Part shown: positions 39,291-52,142 of the stretch, one piece after another
How the letters are laid out: each line of letters begins with the position of its first letter
How positions within the stretch are numbered: the first letter of the stretch is position 1
Source of the DNA: Vicugna vicugna
Taxonomy: Eukaryota
Reading direction: 5' to 3'
Length of the DNA stretch: 64,000 nt
Assembly (NCBI GenBank): GCA_013265495.1
Contig: MU057398.1
Span: 62,001-126,000 of the forward strand
Translations under genes and position numbers: made by a program
Notes under the pieces: generated by a model
What the model saw: only the letters and a program-made list of their open reading frames with translations
Told to the model about the DNA's origin: nothing
Databases searched by the model: none

Positions 39291-40318
39291 TGTACACGGA
39301 GGCCAAGGCCTTGCCCCTACCATCACTGCAACCCCTATGCCACCCCAGACGGAGGCGCCCTGGAGCCTCTCAGATACCTAATGCGCAGGCCCAGGGCTCC
39401 TTTCTGAGCCACTCCCCCAATCCAAGTGCCATGGCCAACAGCCTACACCAGATCAGAGCCGCCCCAGCACCTCCCCCTCACCATCATCCACACCCCATGC
39501 AGCCAGGCGGCTCCTCTCCTGCCCCTTCCCCACAGCGGGTAGCACTCCACTCTTGGCCCTTGTAGCAGGGCGCCTCCAGATGCTGAGAGACCAGTCTTCC
39601 TCTCTCACCTCCTCACACCCAGGAATCCTCCCAGGAGCACCCTCTGCCAGCTCTCCCCTCTTCCGGCCCCAGATACATACTGGGAGCCCGCCCCTCTTGC
39701 CTCCCCTTCACCCAGACCCGGGAACTGGAGCCCTGCTTCTTGCCACGGGCGTCCTCCCCATCCCCCCCCCACCCCCCACTACGCACAGCAGGAGCGCCCC
39801 CTACGCTTCCGCCTCCACACCCGGGAGTCCTCCCGGTCTCTGCCCTCCAGCCAGTAGGACCCCCCCCGCCCCCACACACGCGGCAGAGGTTCGCCCTCCT
39901 CTCCTATCCCGGCATGGGGAGCCCGCCTCTTCCATCTTCCCCACCCCCACAGCCAGGAGTCCTCTGCTCCAGCCCCCAAAGCCCGTGCACCTGTTCAGCA
40001 GGGAGCCCTCCCCTCCGAGCCCCCACACGCCTAGCCATTAACCCCACCGTCTGCTCCCCCACAGAACACTCCTCACCAGCCACCCTCCTAGCCAGCAGCC
40101 TGCCCCTCAGACCCCCACACTGGAGAACCCTTCCCTCAGCCCCACTTCGGGCAGTAGCCCTCCCTTTAGGTGGGGGCCCTCCGCCTCTGCATCCCCACTT
40201 GAGACATTAGCCCTCCCCACACTTCCACTCCCTGCCAGGGCAGCTAATGGGCCCCCGCCGAGGGCCCCTGGTAAATGCAGAGTCCAGGCCCAGGTCAAGA
40301 CCCTGCCGGTCCGCTTAC

Positions 40319-40540
40319 TTTCTCTGACTCTGTGGACAACTCCGGGGTCCCACTCAGAAGGGTCTGAAGAGGTAGTCTCAGCACCGTGGCCAGGAACTGA
40401 GCAGCGGACTCTCCCAGGCACTCTGTGCTGCAACCTCGTGGGTTTCCCCAGTACTCCCGGAAGTCCCAGGAAGATGAGTGAGAAAATTCTAGACGTCTCT
40501 TGGCAAGGAAGATGATTGGATCAGAAGAGCACGTGAGCAG
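40319..40540 (-). promoter_or_regulatory. Candidate non-coding exon 1 and promoter of the PNMA6E-like gene
   Basis: Minus-strand donor AAA|GTAAGC at 40318 pairs with the acceptor cttctctcccctttgtacccacag| at 38397. Upstream lie an ETS site ccggaagt (40457-40464), a CCAAT box (attgg 40515-40519) and an E-box cacgtg (40530-40535). Confidence 0.45.
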
Positions 40541-40699
40541 GTGCTTTGTTACTGTAACAATAGGCCCTGAGCAGTAAGGACTTGAGGTCCTAAGGCTTGG
40601 CGCCTCCAAAGCAAAAGACACGCCCACTGGCCTCCTACCGGTAAAGTGGCTTCCGTACAAGGCAACGGGGTTGGAGGGGTTGCAGATGGAGAACCCACT

Positions 40700-41835
40700 G
40701 TAGCTAATTGGTCCAGTTTTTTTATACTTTGTTTTCTACTGTGATGGATAATGTCGTAAAGCTATTCCGTATATTTACTGATTTCTTGTCTAGTATCAAT
40801 TGTTGAGGCAGAAGTGTTAAAATCAACTATACTTGTGGAAACATCTATCTATTTTTATTTCATATATTTTAAGGTCTGTTAGGTGCAAGTAGACCTGAAT
40901 TGGATGCATTCCTAGTTAATTAACCTTTTATCATTATTACCTTTTATCTTCACATAAATGTAAGAACCTCTCTGCCACATAGATTCATTTCCCCTCTACC
41001 CCATCCTTTATGCTGTAGTTGCCACATGTCTAAATATATTATAAAACCTACAATATACTATTATAACTTTTACTTTAAATAGTCATCTGTATTATAAAAA
41101 AATTAAGAGCAAATACCTCTTCTTTAATGTTTACCCACACATTTACCATTTCTGGTGTTCTTCATCTCTACCAAAGGTCAAAGTTTCTCTCTTGTGTTTC
41201 TTCAGATTGAAAGACCTCCTTTAGCATTTCTTTTAGTGCAGGTCTCTTGGTGAATTGTCTTAGCTTTCATCTATCCCAAAAGGTTCTTATTTTACCTTCA
41301 TTCTGGGAGGATCTTTTCCCTGACTACAGAGTTCTGAGTTGAAAGTTATTTTCCTGTTGTTCTTCAGCACTTTAAAATGTTGTTCCACTGTCTCCTGGTT
41401 TCCATTGTTTCTGAGGAGAACTCAGTGGATTTTCTTATTAATGTTCTCCCATATGTAGTGCTTCATCTAACTCTGACTGCTCTCAAGACTTTCTCTCTAT
41501 CCTGTGTTTTCAGTAGTTTGATGGTAATGGGTCTACATGTGCTTTTTCTTTGTATTTATCCTCCTTGGGGTTCACAGAGCTTGTGAAATTTGTAAATTAT
41601 GTCTTATGTCTACCGCCAGATTTTAAAGATGTCAGTCATTATTTCTTCAAGTAGTTTTTTTTCCCTGTTCTCTCTCCACCTTCCTGGGATCCCAAACACA
41701 TATGCATTAGACCTTTTTATATTGTCTCACAGCTCACTGAGGTTCTGTTTTTTTTTTTTTTTGGTTTGGTTTGGTTTTGAAAAGGTTTTTTTCCTGTCAT
41801 TTTCTCAGAATGGATCATTTCTATCTTTCAACGAG
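40700..41835 (-). mobile_element. Old L1 (L1MC/ME-type 3' region)
   Basis: ccttttagcatttcttttagtgcaggtct...cagcactttaaaatgttgttccactgtctcctgg. Confidence 0.65.
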
Positions 41836-43834
41836 TAACATGAAGCCTCTAAATATTCATGACTATTAAACACTAACATTAAAAGAAGGATAGAGTAAGA
41901 GGAACCAATAAAGGACTGTGTAAAGAGCTGCACTGAAGTTACTGAACAGACACACTTCACTGGCCACTCCCCCTCCCAAGTGTAGACCCAGGATGGGGGG
42001 TGGAGGGAGCACAGCCACTAGTGGAGGTGGGTATTGGTGGGTGAGGTGCAGCCTGGCTGGAGGTTGGCCTCAGGCTGCTGGAAGGTGAGCCTTCCCTTCC
42101 ACCAGGCCATCCTGGCTGCATAGCTCTTTCAGACCACTGCTGGCTGCCCTCCCCACAGCCATTCTCCTTCTTCCATTTCATTCAGATGTCCATCCCCCCC
42201 CAGTGTGGCTTGAGGTATGGCAACCCCCATCCCCAAATCCAGAGGCAGATCTGATGGGTCCCAGTCCCCCAGCCCCAACACACATGACATCCCTAGGGCA
42301 GCTGTTAGAGATCTGGGCAGCGCCTGGACCAAATGGCCCAGTCAGGCACCAGGGAAGGAGTCACTTTCTGTCTGAGTGGCAGGGCTCCTCTTTCCCTGAA
42401 GAGGTTCAAGGAGGCAAGTGGTCCTCATTGCCGATGACAGACTTTTCCCAGCCCCCAAGGGGCAGGCTGACACCAGAGCCAAGACTTGAGGGTAGAAAGA
42501 GGCTGGGTCCTGGGTGCAGTCTGGGGCTTTGTAGCACTTTGGGGTACATGGCGGGGCAGTAAAGGGACAGTTGTGGTCATACTGGGAGAGTCAATTTTTG
42601 GGACAGTGGTGGCCACACTGAGGAGGGACAGCAGAGGGACAGTGGTGGCTTCTGTCTGGGAAATACAGGTGTCAGAGTGGCAGCTGCAGCCGTCAGAGAA
42701 GCTCCAGTTCCAGCCGAGCTCCAGGCCCACAAACATCAAAATGGCCTGCTCTGAGGGGAGGGTCTTGCTCCCTACTGGCACCGAAGCCCTGTTTTGTTGC
42801 CCCCACTAGCCTCACCACGAGACCCCCATCCAGCCTCCGGGGCCCCAGGGGTCTGAGGACTGGTCCCACGTGTGACATGACACCTTGCATCCTGTGAGCC
42901 ACTCAAGGCTCTGACCCTTGCACAGGGTCAAGGAGCAGCCCTGGTGACCTAGAGCGCTGATTGCCTCACGCGTGCCCAGCCCCTACACACCCCAGGGCCG
43001 CTGTCTCCCAGGACCACAGCTTGGACTACCCCCTCCTCCACCCATCAGCTCCACTCCATCCACACCACCTTCCCGGCAGAGAACCAGCTCACCTCACACA
43101 CTGTCAGGCCTGGTCTCTGTCTGTCACCCAATTAGTGACAGGGGCTGAGAGGACCCCACCCTAGACCACCTTCCTCCCTGGATGGGCTGCCAGAGCCAGT
43201 CAGCCACAGCGTAGCCACTGCTGGCTTGGACTCCCTCCTTGGGCCCCTTCTCCGGGCCCCTTCTCCAGGCCCCTTCCCCATGGGAGTCTGAGGGACTTGC
43301 TGCAGGGTGGCCGAATCGGGGCTTGTTGCCCTTGGGGCACAATCCTCACCGCAGCAGGTGAGGCCACCTCTTTCGGAGAAGGTTCCAGCCCCCTGGTCAC
43401 AATAAGGGGATGCAGACAGAGGAGAGGGAGAGGGCTGGACCTGCATGGACCGCTGTGGGAGCTGCCTGGTGCATGCACAGATTTTCGTTCTATTACTCTC
43501 CCTCGGCTGGGCATGTGTTCGAAATCTTCATAATAAAAAAACCGAAAATCTTCTAGAAGGGAAATTTATCTCCTGCTACCTGCTGAGAGCACGCAGCCAT
43601 TCCACACTGCACTGGATGCCGGGATGTACTCCCTGAGCCCCTGTCTCAGCCTCAGGCTCTCATTTCCCTCTTTCCATGAAGTTTGGATGCCAAGGCTCTC
43701 TGAGAACTGACCAACTGACCAAGGCCGAAGGAGCCGCCTTATCCAAAGTTGCCCCCTGCCCACCTCCAATTACTAATTGTGAAGGTGGGTGCGAAGGCCC
43801 AGCCCTCTTTTGGCTCAGGCTGTTCCCTCTGGAG

Positions 43835-44450
43835 TAGATGCAATAAGTTACCACAAACCAGGCAGCTTAAAACAATAGGAACTGGGGGAGGGTACAGCTC
43901 AAGTGGTAGAGCACATGCTTAGCATGCATGAGGCCCTGGGTTCAATCCCCGCTACCTCCTCTAAAAATAAATAAGCCTAATTACTTCCTCCCCCAAGAAA
44001 AATTTCTTAAAAATCAAAATAACAGAAATTTATTCTCTCATGGTTCTGGAGGCCAGAAGCCCAAAGTCAAGGTATCAGCAGGGCTGTGCTCCCTCCAAAT
44101 GCCCTCTAGGGAAGGGCCCCTCCTTGCCTCTATGATTTCGTGGGGCTCCAGGCACTCCTGGGCTTGTGGCCATATCCTTCCCATCATCCCTCCCGTCTCT
44201 CCTGTCTCTTGCCTTTATCTTCCTGTGGCCTCTTTCCCCTCTATGTCTGCGTCTCTCCTCTTCTGCCTCTTAGAAGGACACTTATTACTGGATTTAGGGC
44301 TCACCTGGATAATTCAGAAGGACCTCATGTTAGGATTCTTAATTTCATCACATCTGCAAATATCCTTTGGCCAAGAAAGTTCCCATGCACAGGTTCTGGG
44401 AGTTACGGGTGCACATATCTTTTGAGGGGCCACCATTCACCCCACTACAT
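43835..44450 (-). mobile_element. MLT1C-like LTR interrupted by a SINE
   Basis: taccacaaaccaggcagcttaaaacaa [SINE] aacagaaatttattctctcatggttctggaggccagaag...caccattcaccccactaca. Confidence 0.75.
43884..44015 (+). mobile_element. tRNA-Ala-derived SINE (vic-1 type, longer-tail variant)
   Basis: gggggagggtacagctcaagtggtagagcacatgcttagcatgcatgaggccctgggttcaatcccc; degenerate TSD aaaacaataggaact / aaaataacagaaatt. Confidence 0.85.
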
Positions 44451-45379
44451 CTGTTAAGCACAGGCCCAGGCGTGTCTAGCCATACTTCTGGTTAGAGACA
44501 AGATTGGTCATCAGGGCCTTCACAACCAAAGGCCACAGGGCACCTCTCTGCCTCTGCTCCAGGGAAGGACACCGGAAGCTGTGCTGCACTTGCCCCCCCC
44601 GGAGATCCCTGCTCCCTGAGGCCAGAAGCACCCTGAGCTGGTGTCCCAGCTTTCCCCTGAAGCCAGGGGTGGGCAGCTGCTGCCCTGGGAGCATGGGCAT
44701 GGGGAGGGCTTCTCACTGCAGGCCTGCGCTCTCCTGGCCGGGGCCTGGAGCCGTTTGAAGAGAAGATGCCAGAGATCTGGTTGTGTCAGGAAAGGTACAG
44801 CTCAGGGGCAGAGGAGGTGCCCACCTCAAGCACAGTTCCCGACAGCAGGGACCGGGAGGGGTGGGACAGGCGGTCCCGCGGGTTTTTTCCTTGCTGTTTT
44901 TCCTCCACGGCCTTTTTAACTTAACTTTGGGAGGAACTCATCATTGTCAATGGTGCATTTGTGCAGAGTCGGCCCTGGATTTCAACCCCAGTCCTGCCAT
45001 GTGGACGGTGACCTGTGGGAAAATGGAGACCCCAATGCCCACCTTGAAGACCAGTTTGATGGTCACATGGGGCGGGGTCCCAATGCACCGGGTATCTCTT
45101 CTCTTTCTACATCTGTCTGCACACGGCCCTCCTCCAAATCCCCCTTCACTGCTCCCTACTTTCTCATCTTTGCCCTCCTGGCTCCAGCTGGCTGGTCCCT
45201 TACGGGAGGGGGGGGGACAGGGCTGGGTGCTGGCTGCCCCGTAGGGATCCGGTGGGTCCCAGATGGATGGTCGGATGAATGGATGGACATAAAGTAAAGC
45301 CCCAGTGGAAGTGCTCTGCCAACGTTGTCCCTCTTCTGTCCCCTTGGGGCACTGCGGTGAACTGGCTCCTGCGACCCCA

Positions 45380-46330
45380 GCCCTCGAGGCAGCCCAGATG
45401 GAGAGCGGAAGTGCCTCGGGGTACGCAGGGAGCTAGGCCAGAACCCCCGTTGGGCGCGCCGGGGCGGGCACCAGGCCGGGCCTCCGTACCGCCGCGCCGC
45501 GCATGCTCCGTGCCCCCCCTCACCGCGCCCCGTTCCCACGCCGCCGCCGCCCCAGCCCCGCCCTCGCCCCGGCCCGGCTCGTCGGCGCTGGACAGACAGA
45601 CGGCCGTGCAGAAAGCGTCTCCGGAGCGGCGCCCGGGGACGAGGTCGAGACTCAGCCGGGAGCCCCACCGCCTTCCGGGAGCCGCTGCCCTGGAAGGCTT
45701 CTCGGAGGCGGCGGCCTTGACCTCGGGCCTGCCGGGGAGTGGGTTGGGGAGGAGGGAAGGACAGCCCCGAGGCCCGCGAGCCCCATCTCCGCAGGTGGCG
45801 AGAGGGTGAGGGAGCTGCGGGGGCCTGGACGCCCTGGGAGGTGGCGAGCCCGAGAGCTGCCGACCGGCCCTCGGGGCTGCCCCTCCCTGGGCGCCGGGGA
45901 AAGGCAGCCCATATTTCCCAGTTTCTCTCCTCCGAGTGAGGTTCGCCGCAGACTCTGGGGTAGGCGAGAGAGCATCCCGTCGCCCAGCCACTTGGTAAGT
46001 TTGGGGTTTGCGGCTCTGCATGAGGTCACGGCACTCCTGCCCAGGGGCACCTGGCGAAGCGTCCGCGGGCGTGGGCCCTGAGGGTCCCAGGACGAGACCT
46101 TGCGGCTGTCAGGGGTGGGGATTTGGGCCCCTTGGGGGTGCGGGATGCTGGCGGGACGAGCACGCCAGAAGGCACCAAAAGGGTTAGATGGAAAGACCCC
46201 AGGAGCAAGAGAGGGAGTGAGCTGGGCTGAGCGGGAAAGTGTGCGGGACGGCCATGCAGGGCCAGTTCTGACAGCCCTCCGATTCAACAGATAGCTGCCA
46301 AGCACCTCTGTGGGCCAGGCCGCCGCGGGC
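45380..46330 (+). promoter_or_regulatory. ZFP92: CpG island, probable ZFP92 promoter and non-coding first exon
   Basis: Very CpG-dense, with GC boxes (ggggcggg about 45461, ccccgccc about 45556), an NRF1-like cgcgcatgct, and a strong donor TTG|gtaagt at 45995. Confidence 0.75.
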
Positions 46331-49300
46331 ATCGGAGATTTATTAGGGAACAAAACAGCCAAACCCCGCTCCCGGGTCCAATTCTAGTGGCAGAGCACAG
46401 GTAATAAACAGTAAGTGCTTTCAATTAAGAATTATCCTGTATGGTAAACAGTGGTAAATGCCATGGGGAAAACAGAACAGAAGGGAGTGGAGGGGTTAGA
46501 CTGCAGGTTTAAGAACTGAGGTTAGAAGGCGACATTTCTCAAAAACTTGAAGGAGGTGAGAGAGCCTTCCTGGAGAGGGAATGGCCAGCACCAAGGCCAG
46601 TGTGGCCGGAGGAGAGGGAGGAGGTGAGATGGGCACCCCAGGAAGGGCTGTGAGCGGGAGAGAACCCCGGTAGGAGGTGGCCTCTTTCTGTCCAGGTTAG
46701 CCTCCATCCCCGCCCGAGAGCAGGGCCTGGAGACGCCAGTGGCAGGGTGGCTCCTTGGAGGGTTTTGCTGGGCCAGACAGCACGGAGGGCCCTGGGATGA
46801 CCTGTGACAGCACCCAGAGCAGACCTCGGCTCTGAGCTGAGGCTGGACTCCCTGGGTGCTGGGTCCTTGGGCCTTTCCAGAAGGTGACAGGTGACACAGG
46901 GAAGCCTGTGGCAGCTGAGAGGAGGCAGCTGGGGATTTGAGTTGCCAAACCCCAGAGGAAGTTCCACCAGGAAGGGAGAAGCTCGACCCTGGTGGTTCTG
47001 CGTGTCCCTCTTGGTGGGCGAGAGAGCCCCAGTTCCTGATCCAGCTTGAGTGGGCTGGCTAAATGCCTTCCCTGTTGTTGTTTATTTGTTTGTTTTCCGT
47101 TTTCTTTTTCTGGGGAAATAGCCCCATCTCGTGGTCTTCCGAGGACATCAGCACTGAAGCCCACTGGAGGCTTCTCCCTTTGTGGGGGCCACGCTGCTCT
47201 CCCCAGGCTGCTCCCCACCTCCTCCTGGTGCCTCGGCACAGACGCAGCCGCACCTCGGCCAGGCTCAGCGAGCGGGATGGGAGTCTGCTCCCTTCCCTGA
47301 GGTGGACCAGCCCAGGGGTAGGCACCCGGTTCCCCAGGGTGAAGGAGGCTCCTCAGGCTCTTGCCCCAAGTGCGGCAATCTGATGGACTCTTGTCTGCCC
47401 TGTGTGCCCAGTGTCCTGTTTCGGGGAAACCTGAGCTTCGGGGCCTGGAATCATCCTGCAACCTCTCCTCTGCTCTGGAGGCCCACCGAGGTCAAAGGGG
47501 TCTTAGGAGAAGCCACTCTCCAATTCTGCAGGCTCCTTCCATAGTCTTCCTTGCATTCCTGCTTGGGAGTGTCGCCCTATTTCCACCTGGGGGCTGCCTG
47601 GCATTAGGGTTTGTGCGGGCTTGTCATGTGTCATTCCAGGATTTGAAATTATGCTGACGTCGGGCACTAGGTCTGAAGGATGGACACTGCTGTGTGTGAC
47701 CATTCACGTGGCTGGTACCTCCAATGTGCCTTATGGTTTGAACTTCAACGTTGGTCTCTGTCTGCGGGTGAAAACTGTCCGTGATGTTTCTCTCAGGCGG
47801 TCACCACTCAACAGTGTCTTCTCTCTTGAGGGCTTGCTCCCCAGCATGTCTTGGTGTGGGGGATTAGACAGAACGCCTTTTCCTTTCAGCTTTTCTGTGT
47901 TGTCCAAAATGGATGGTGACCTGGCAGTACAGTCATGATAGGAAAAAAATAAGCTTGTGATGTGTTTCCAAACAATTTGCTGCTCGTCTGAAAACCCTTG
48001 CTATTAACAGTATTCTCAGCGCTCCCTATACCTTTAACTTGTGCAGGTCTCCCAGTGACTGACGGTGTGTCCCAGTGAAACCTAGGTGCCCTGTGGACAT
48101 CAGAACGATTACTTGACAGCAATATTAAGTATATTTGCAAAGTTGTGCGACCATCACCACGATCTATTTCCAAAACATTTTTATCGCCCAGAAAAGAAAC
48201 CCCATCCTCATGAAGCCCCAACTCAACCCAACTCCAACCCCTGGCACCCACCAATCTGCTCTCTGAATCTCTGGGGCTGTCCCTAGTTGTCTGGAACCTG
48301 GACCTAGACTGGGAGACCCCGATAAGAGGGGAATGGGGGTAATGGCCCCAGAGGGAGGGGCCCTCATAAGGGAGATGGGTGGGGTGGGGACTTAGCAAAC
48401 TGCCTTAGAAGGGCCAAAAGAAGAGTTTTTAATAATAACTTCAAAACCAGGTCAAGAAAGCTCTTGTGAAATATTATATTACATCATGTAAATAGAATCA
48501 TACAGTATGTAGCCTTTCATGTCTGTACCTGGGTTTTTTCCCTTAGCATCCGGTCCCCAGGTTCATCCACATGGTAGCGTAGACCAGTATTTCATTCCTC
48601 TTTGTGGCCAAATGATACTCTGTCATGTGTCTAGACTGTGGCTTGTTATCCATTCTTCAGTTGATGGACATGTGGGTTGTTTCCACCTTTTGGCAACTGT
48701 GAATTGTGCTGCAATTGATTAACACGGGTGGACACGTTTTTGCCAGAACACCTGTTTTCAGTGCATATACCCAGGGGTGAAACTGCTGGGTCATAGAAAA
48801 ACTATGTTTCCTGACTAAGGAACCACCAGACTATTTTAAACCCTTCTCACTCTGAACACTGTCAAGCAGACAGACAGGTGCAGAGAATAGTCCAGCCACG
48901 CCCAGGGGCCCTCCTGCCCGGGTTCGCAGTGGCCTCCTGCTCCCGCTTGCTTTATTTTCTTGTTTCTCTCTCTCTCCCTCTCTCTCCTTCTCGCTTTCTT
49001 TTGTTTTGTTGAAATATTTTAAAGTAACTTCAGGCACCATTTTCTCTGCAAAGAGTTCAAAGCGTGTCTCTTGAGAAGGACACTGTTTCCCTGACCCGGC
49101 GCCACTACCCATTCCACACATGGGCAGCAGTGGCCCTGCTGTCACCCCTCTACCACTCCCCAATGCCTTTGACCCCTCGTTTGTTCACAAAAGCATCTCA
49201 CCAAGGATTCCCCTTCCACTTGGCTGTTGGCCCCTTAAATCTCTTTTTATCTGGAACAGTCTCCCTCCTCAGCCTCCTCTTTTCCCCGTGACACTGATTT

Positions 49301-50291
49301 ACAGAGGAGACCAGGGAACAGCCGACCTTCAGGATAAGGCTTCCTTGTCGTGTCTTTAGCTGGTCCCTCTGTCCACCAGGTCCTCTATAAACTGGAAGTT
49401 GGGTCCCAAGGCTGTAGTAGAGACAGGTCAGGCTCTGGCAAGAGCCCCCCTGGGCATCATCACAGTGGGGACACCCCACGTCTGCCTCACCATCAGGCCC
49501 GCTTCCTCTCGTGGCCAGCAGTAAGCCAAGAAGGCGTTTTGACATCACGTAGATGGTCTTTCTCCCTCGGCCTTTCACCTAATGGCTTTAGCATCCATTT
49601 GGCCTTAAGGGACTCTTTCTCTCTGATGAGTATAAACTTCTTCACCAGACATGCATTTGTCTGTTTATTCTGCTAAGGCACTGGCAGGGGAGTGGAGGGG
49701 AAACAGCAGAGCCGCTGCTGCCCATGTGTTGAATGGAGCTGTTAAGTGACAGCTCATAATGGTGACAAGGGAATTTCTGGATATGTAAATTGCTCCGGGA
49801 CCTCACCCCTTCACCCCCTCTCCTGCTGTGGTGCCCACGTGTCAGAAGCACCCCCACTCCCATGTCATGGTCTCCAGTGGGCGGAGATAACATCCTTGGA
49901 GCAAGTTCCCTTTTTGCAGCCCTGTCTTCTGGCATCAAGAACGGATGCAGAGAAATCTGATTCTGTCCACTTTGTCAGTGACGTGCTCTTCCTGCTTGAG
50001 AGAGCAGAAGGAAATGAGAAACAGAGCCCGTCGAGAGCCTGGCTTGGCGGGCCTAGCACGGGGAGAGGGTGTATATTTGTCCAGTGGGCCTTGCGTGGCA
50101 AGGAGAGGGGACAGAAGCTCAGCTAGGCAGAGTGTTATGGGCTGCATTGCATCCCCCCCTCAAAAGATAAGCTAAAGTCCTGTCCCCCAACATCTGGGAA
50201 TGGGACCTTATCTGGGTGATGTCACACTTAGCGGGTGGACTCAGCTCACCCCTGGCTCTTCCCACCCCCTTAGCATCTCCGTGGCCCTGCG

Positions 50292-50324
50292 ATGGCAGCC
50301 GTGCTCCTGAAGGCCAGACCCAAG
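50292..50324 (+). CDS. ZFP92: ZFP92 coding exon 1 (MAAVLLKARPK)
   Basis: Acceptor ...cccccttag| ends at 50273; gcgATGG start; AAG|gtgagt donor, phase 0. Confidence 0.85.
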
Positions 50325-50491
50325 GTGAGTGGGGCTTCCTGATGGCGGGCATGCCCTCCCAGCAGCCGACCCGCCTACCGCCTCCTCTGGCCCCAGCCGA
50401 GCTGTCTGGGCACCCCCTGATCCATGTGTCAGCACCGCCAGCTCACCCTGGGGCCCGCAGGGGTGAACGCCACAGGAATGGCTCGTTTTAG

Positions 50492-50698
<207 letters not shown>

Positions 50699-51702
50699 TG
50701 AGTCCATGGGACCCGTAATCCGTTGTAGCCCTGCCTTCACCTCAGTAGCACAGTTTTGAGCTACATGGTCTGGGCCTGTGGGTGTGTTAGGAAAATGTGT
50801 GGGCCCCCGTCACACTTATTTTGCATATAAAATCACGGGTAAACTAAACCTCTTCCACTCGAAAGATAGATGCAAGTTATCCTCGAGTATTTATATGCAC
50901 TCATTTATACTTAATTCATTTTTGCCAAGGCTGCCTATTCCATTCATCTCACGGTATAGAGTTCAGCAGCATTTTCCCTTGCATCAAGTCACAAAGGGCC
51001 CAGAACACAGAGGCCCAGGACTTGGTTTTCCAATCTGCAGAAGTGGGAATGAGCTAGAGTCAGCTGCCCCACTGCACCCTGCCACCTTTGGGCTTGGAGG
51101 GGACCCATTCTCTCCAATTCTTCTTTTCGACTCTGCAGATCTCACCTGCAGTCATCTAGTCATCTAGTGTTTTAGGTAAATGCGTGGGCTCCTTCCCCTA
51201 GGTTCTTTCTGACCCTCACCAGATAGATCTGGGGTTCCCAGGGGAGTTCTAGAAACCTCCACGGAGTTTGGTGTAAGGAACAGAGACACCTGTTCTGTTG
51301 GATGGTGAGACAAGTGTTGTGGCTTTCAGGGCATAGGCAGCCCTTCAGCTCTGTGGCTTCTGATGCTCCCTGGGGCCTTGTACCCTGTGGGCACCTGCTC
51401 CAGCCCTTCCTCTGTCCTTTAGGGTTTCCCCACAAATCCCCCTCTTCCCCCCAGCCTGCTGCCCTTCCTTCAGGCCAAATAATAACATCCTTTATCCTCT
51501 TGGGTCAAACCACCACATACTTAATACTTGCCATGCACACCTGGCCCCTGTACACTCAGAGCCCCTTGCTTCCTTAGAGGGACTCTGAACTTCTGGACTT
51601 TCCCAGTGGCACTTTCTAGAGAGTTCTTCATTCTCTGTTCCTGAAGAGACTAAGGCTGGGCTGAGTTCAGGAGTGACTCATCTGCTTCATTTTCTTGGAC
51701 AG

Positions 51703-51807
51703 GGTTTTCATCCTCCAAGCCTCACCTGGTCTCCCTGCTAGAGCGAGGGGAGGAGCCCTGGGTAGCGGACATCCACAGGATGGGGGCCGTCACAGGGATG
51801 CAGACAG
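51703..51807 (+). CDS. ZFP92: ZFP92 KRAB-B exon
   Basis: 105 nt, (G)FSSSKPHLVSLLERGEEPWVADIHRMGAVTGMQT(G); acag| and G|gtgagt, phase 1/1. Confidence 0.92.
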
Positions 51808-52142
51808 GTGAGTGAGGGGCGCTCTGCCGGCTTGCCTGAGTCATTTGCAAAGAGCAGCGGCCAGTGGAGGGTGGCATGGCCAATTTGGGTGGGACATTCT
51901 CTCTCATGGTAGATTGAAATCTCCCAGGGGGTCCTGTGTCGAGGTGCCAGATGAAGGGAGCATGTGCTGCTATCTCACACCAGCTCTGCTATTTCCAGCA
52001 CATTCCCACCTCTTCCCCTCCTGCCCTCCTGTCTGCTGACGATGATACTCAACTCCTGATGCATCTCTTTCCATCCTTGGAATGAGAGAGCTGGGGTTGG
52101 GGGGCAGGCAGTGACACTGGTTGGTGCTCCCTGTCTTTACAG

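Noticed and set aside
45156..46362. Several 170-273 aa Pro/Arg/Gly-rich ORFs
   Set aside because: They are typical stop-poor CpG-island frames on both strands with no recognisable homology.
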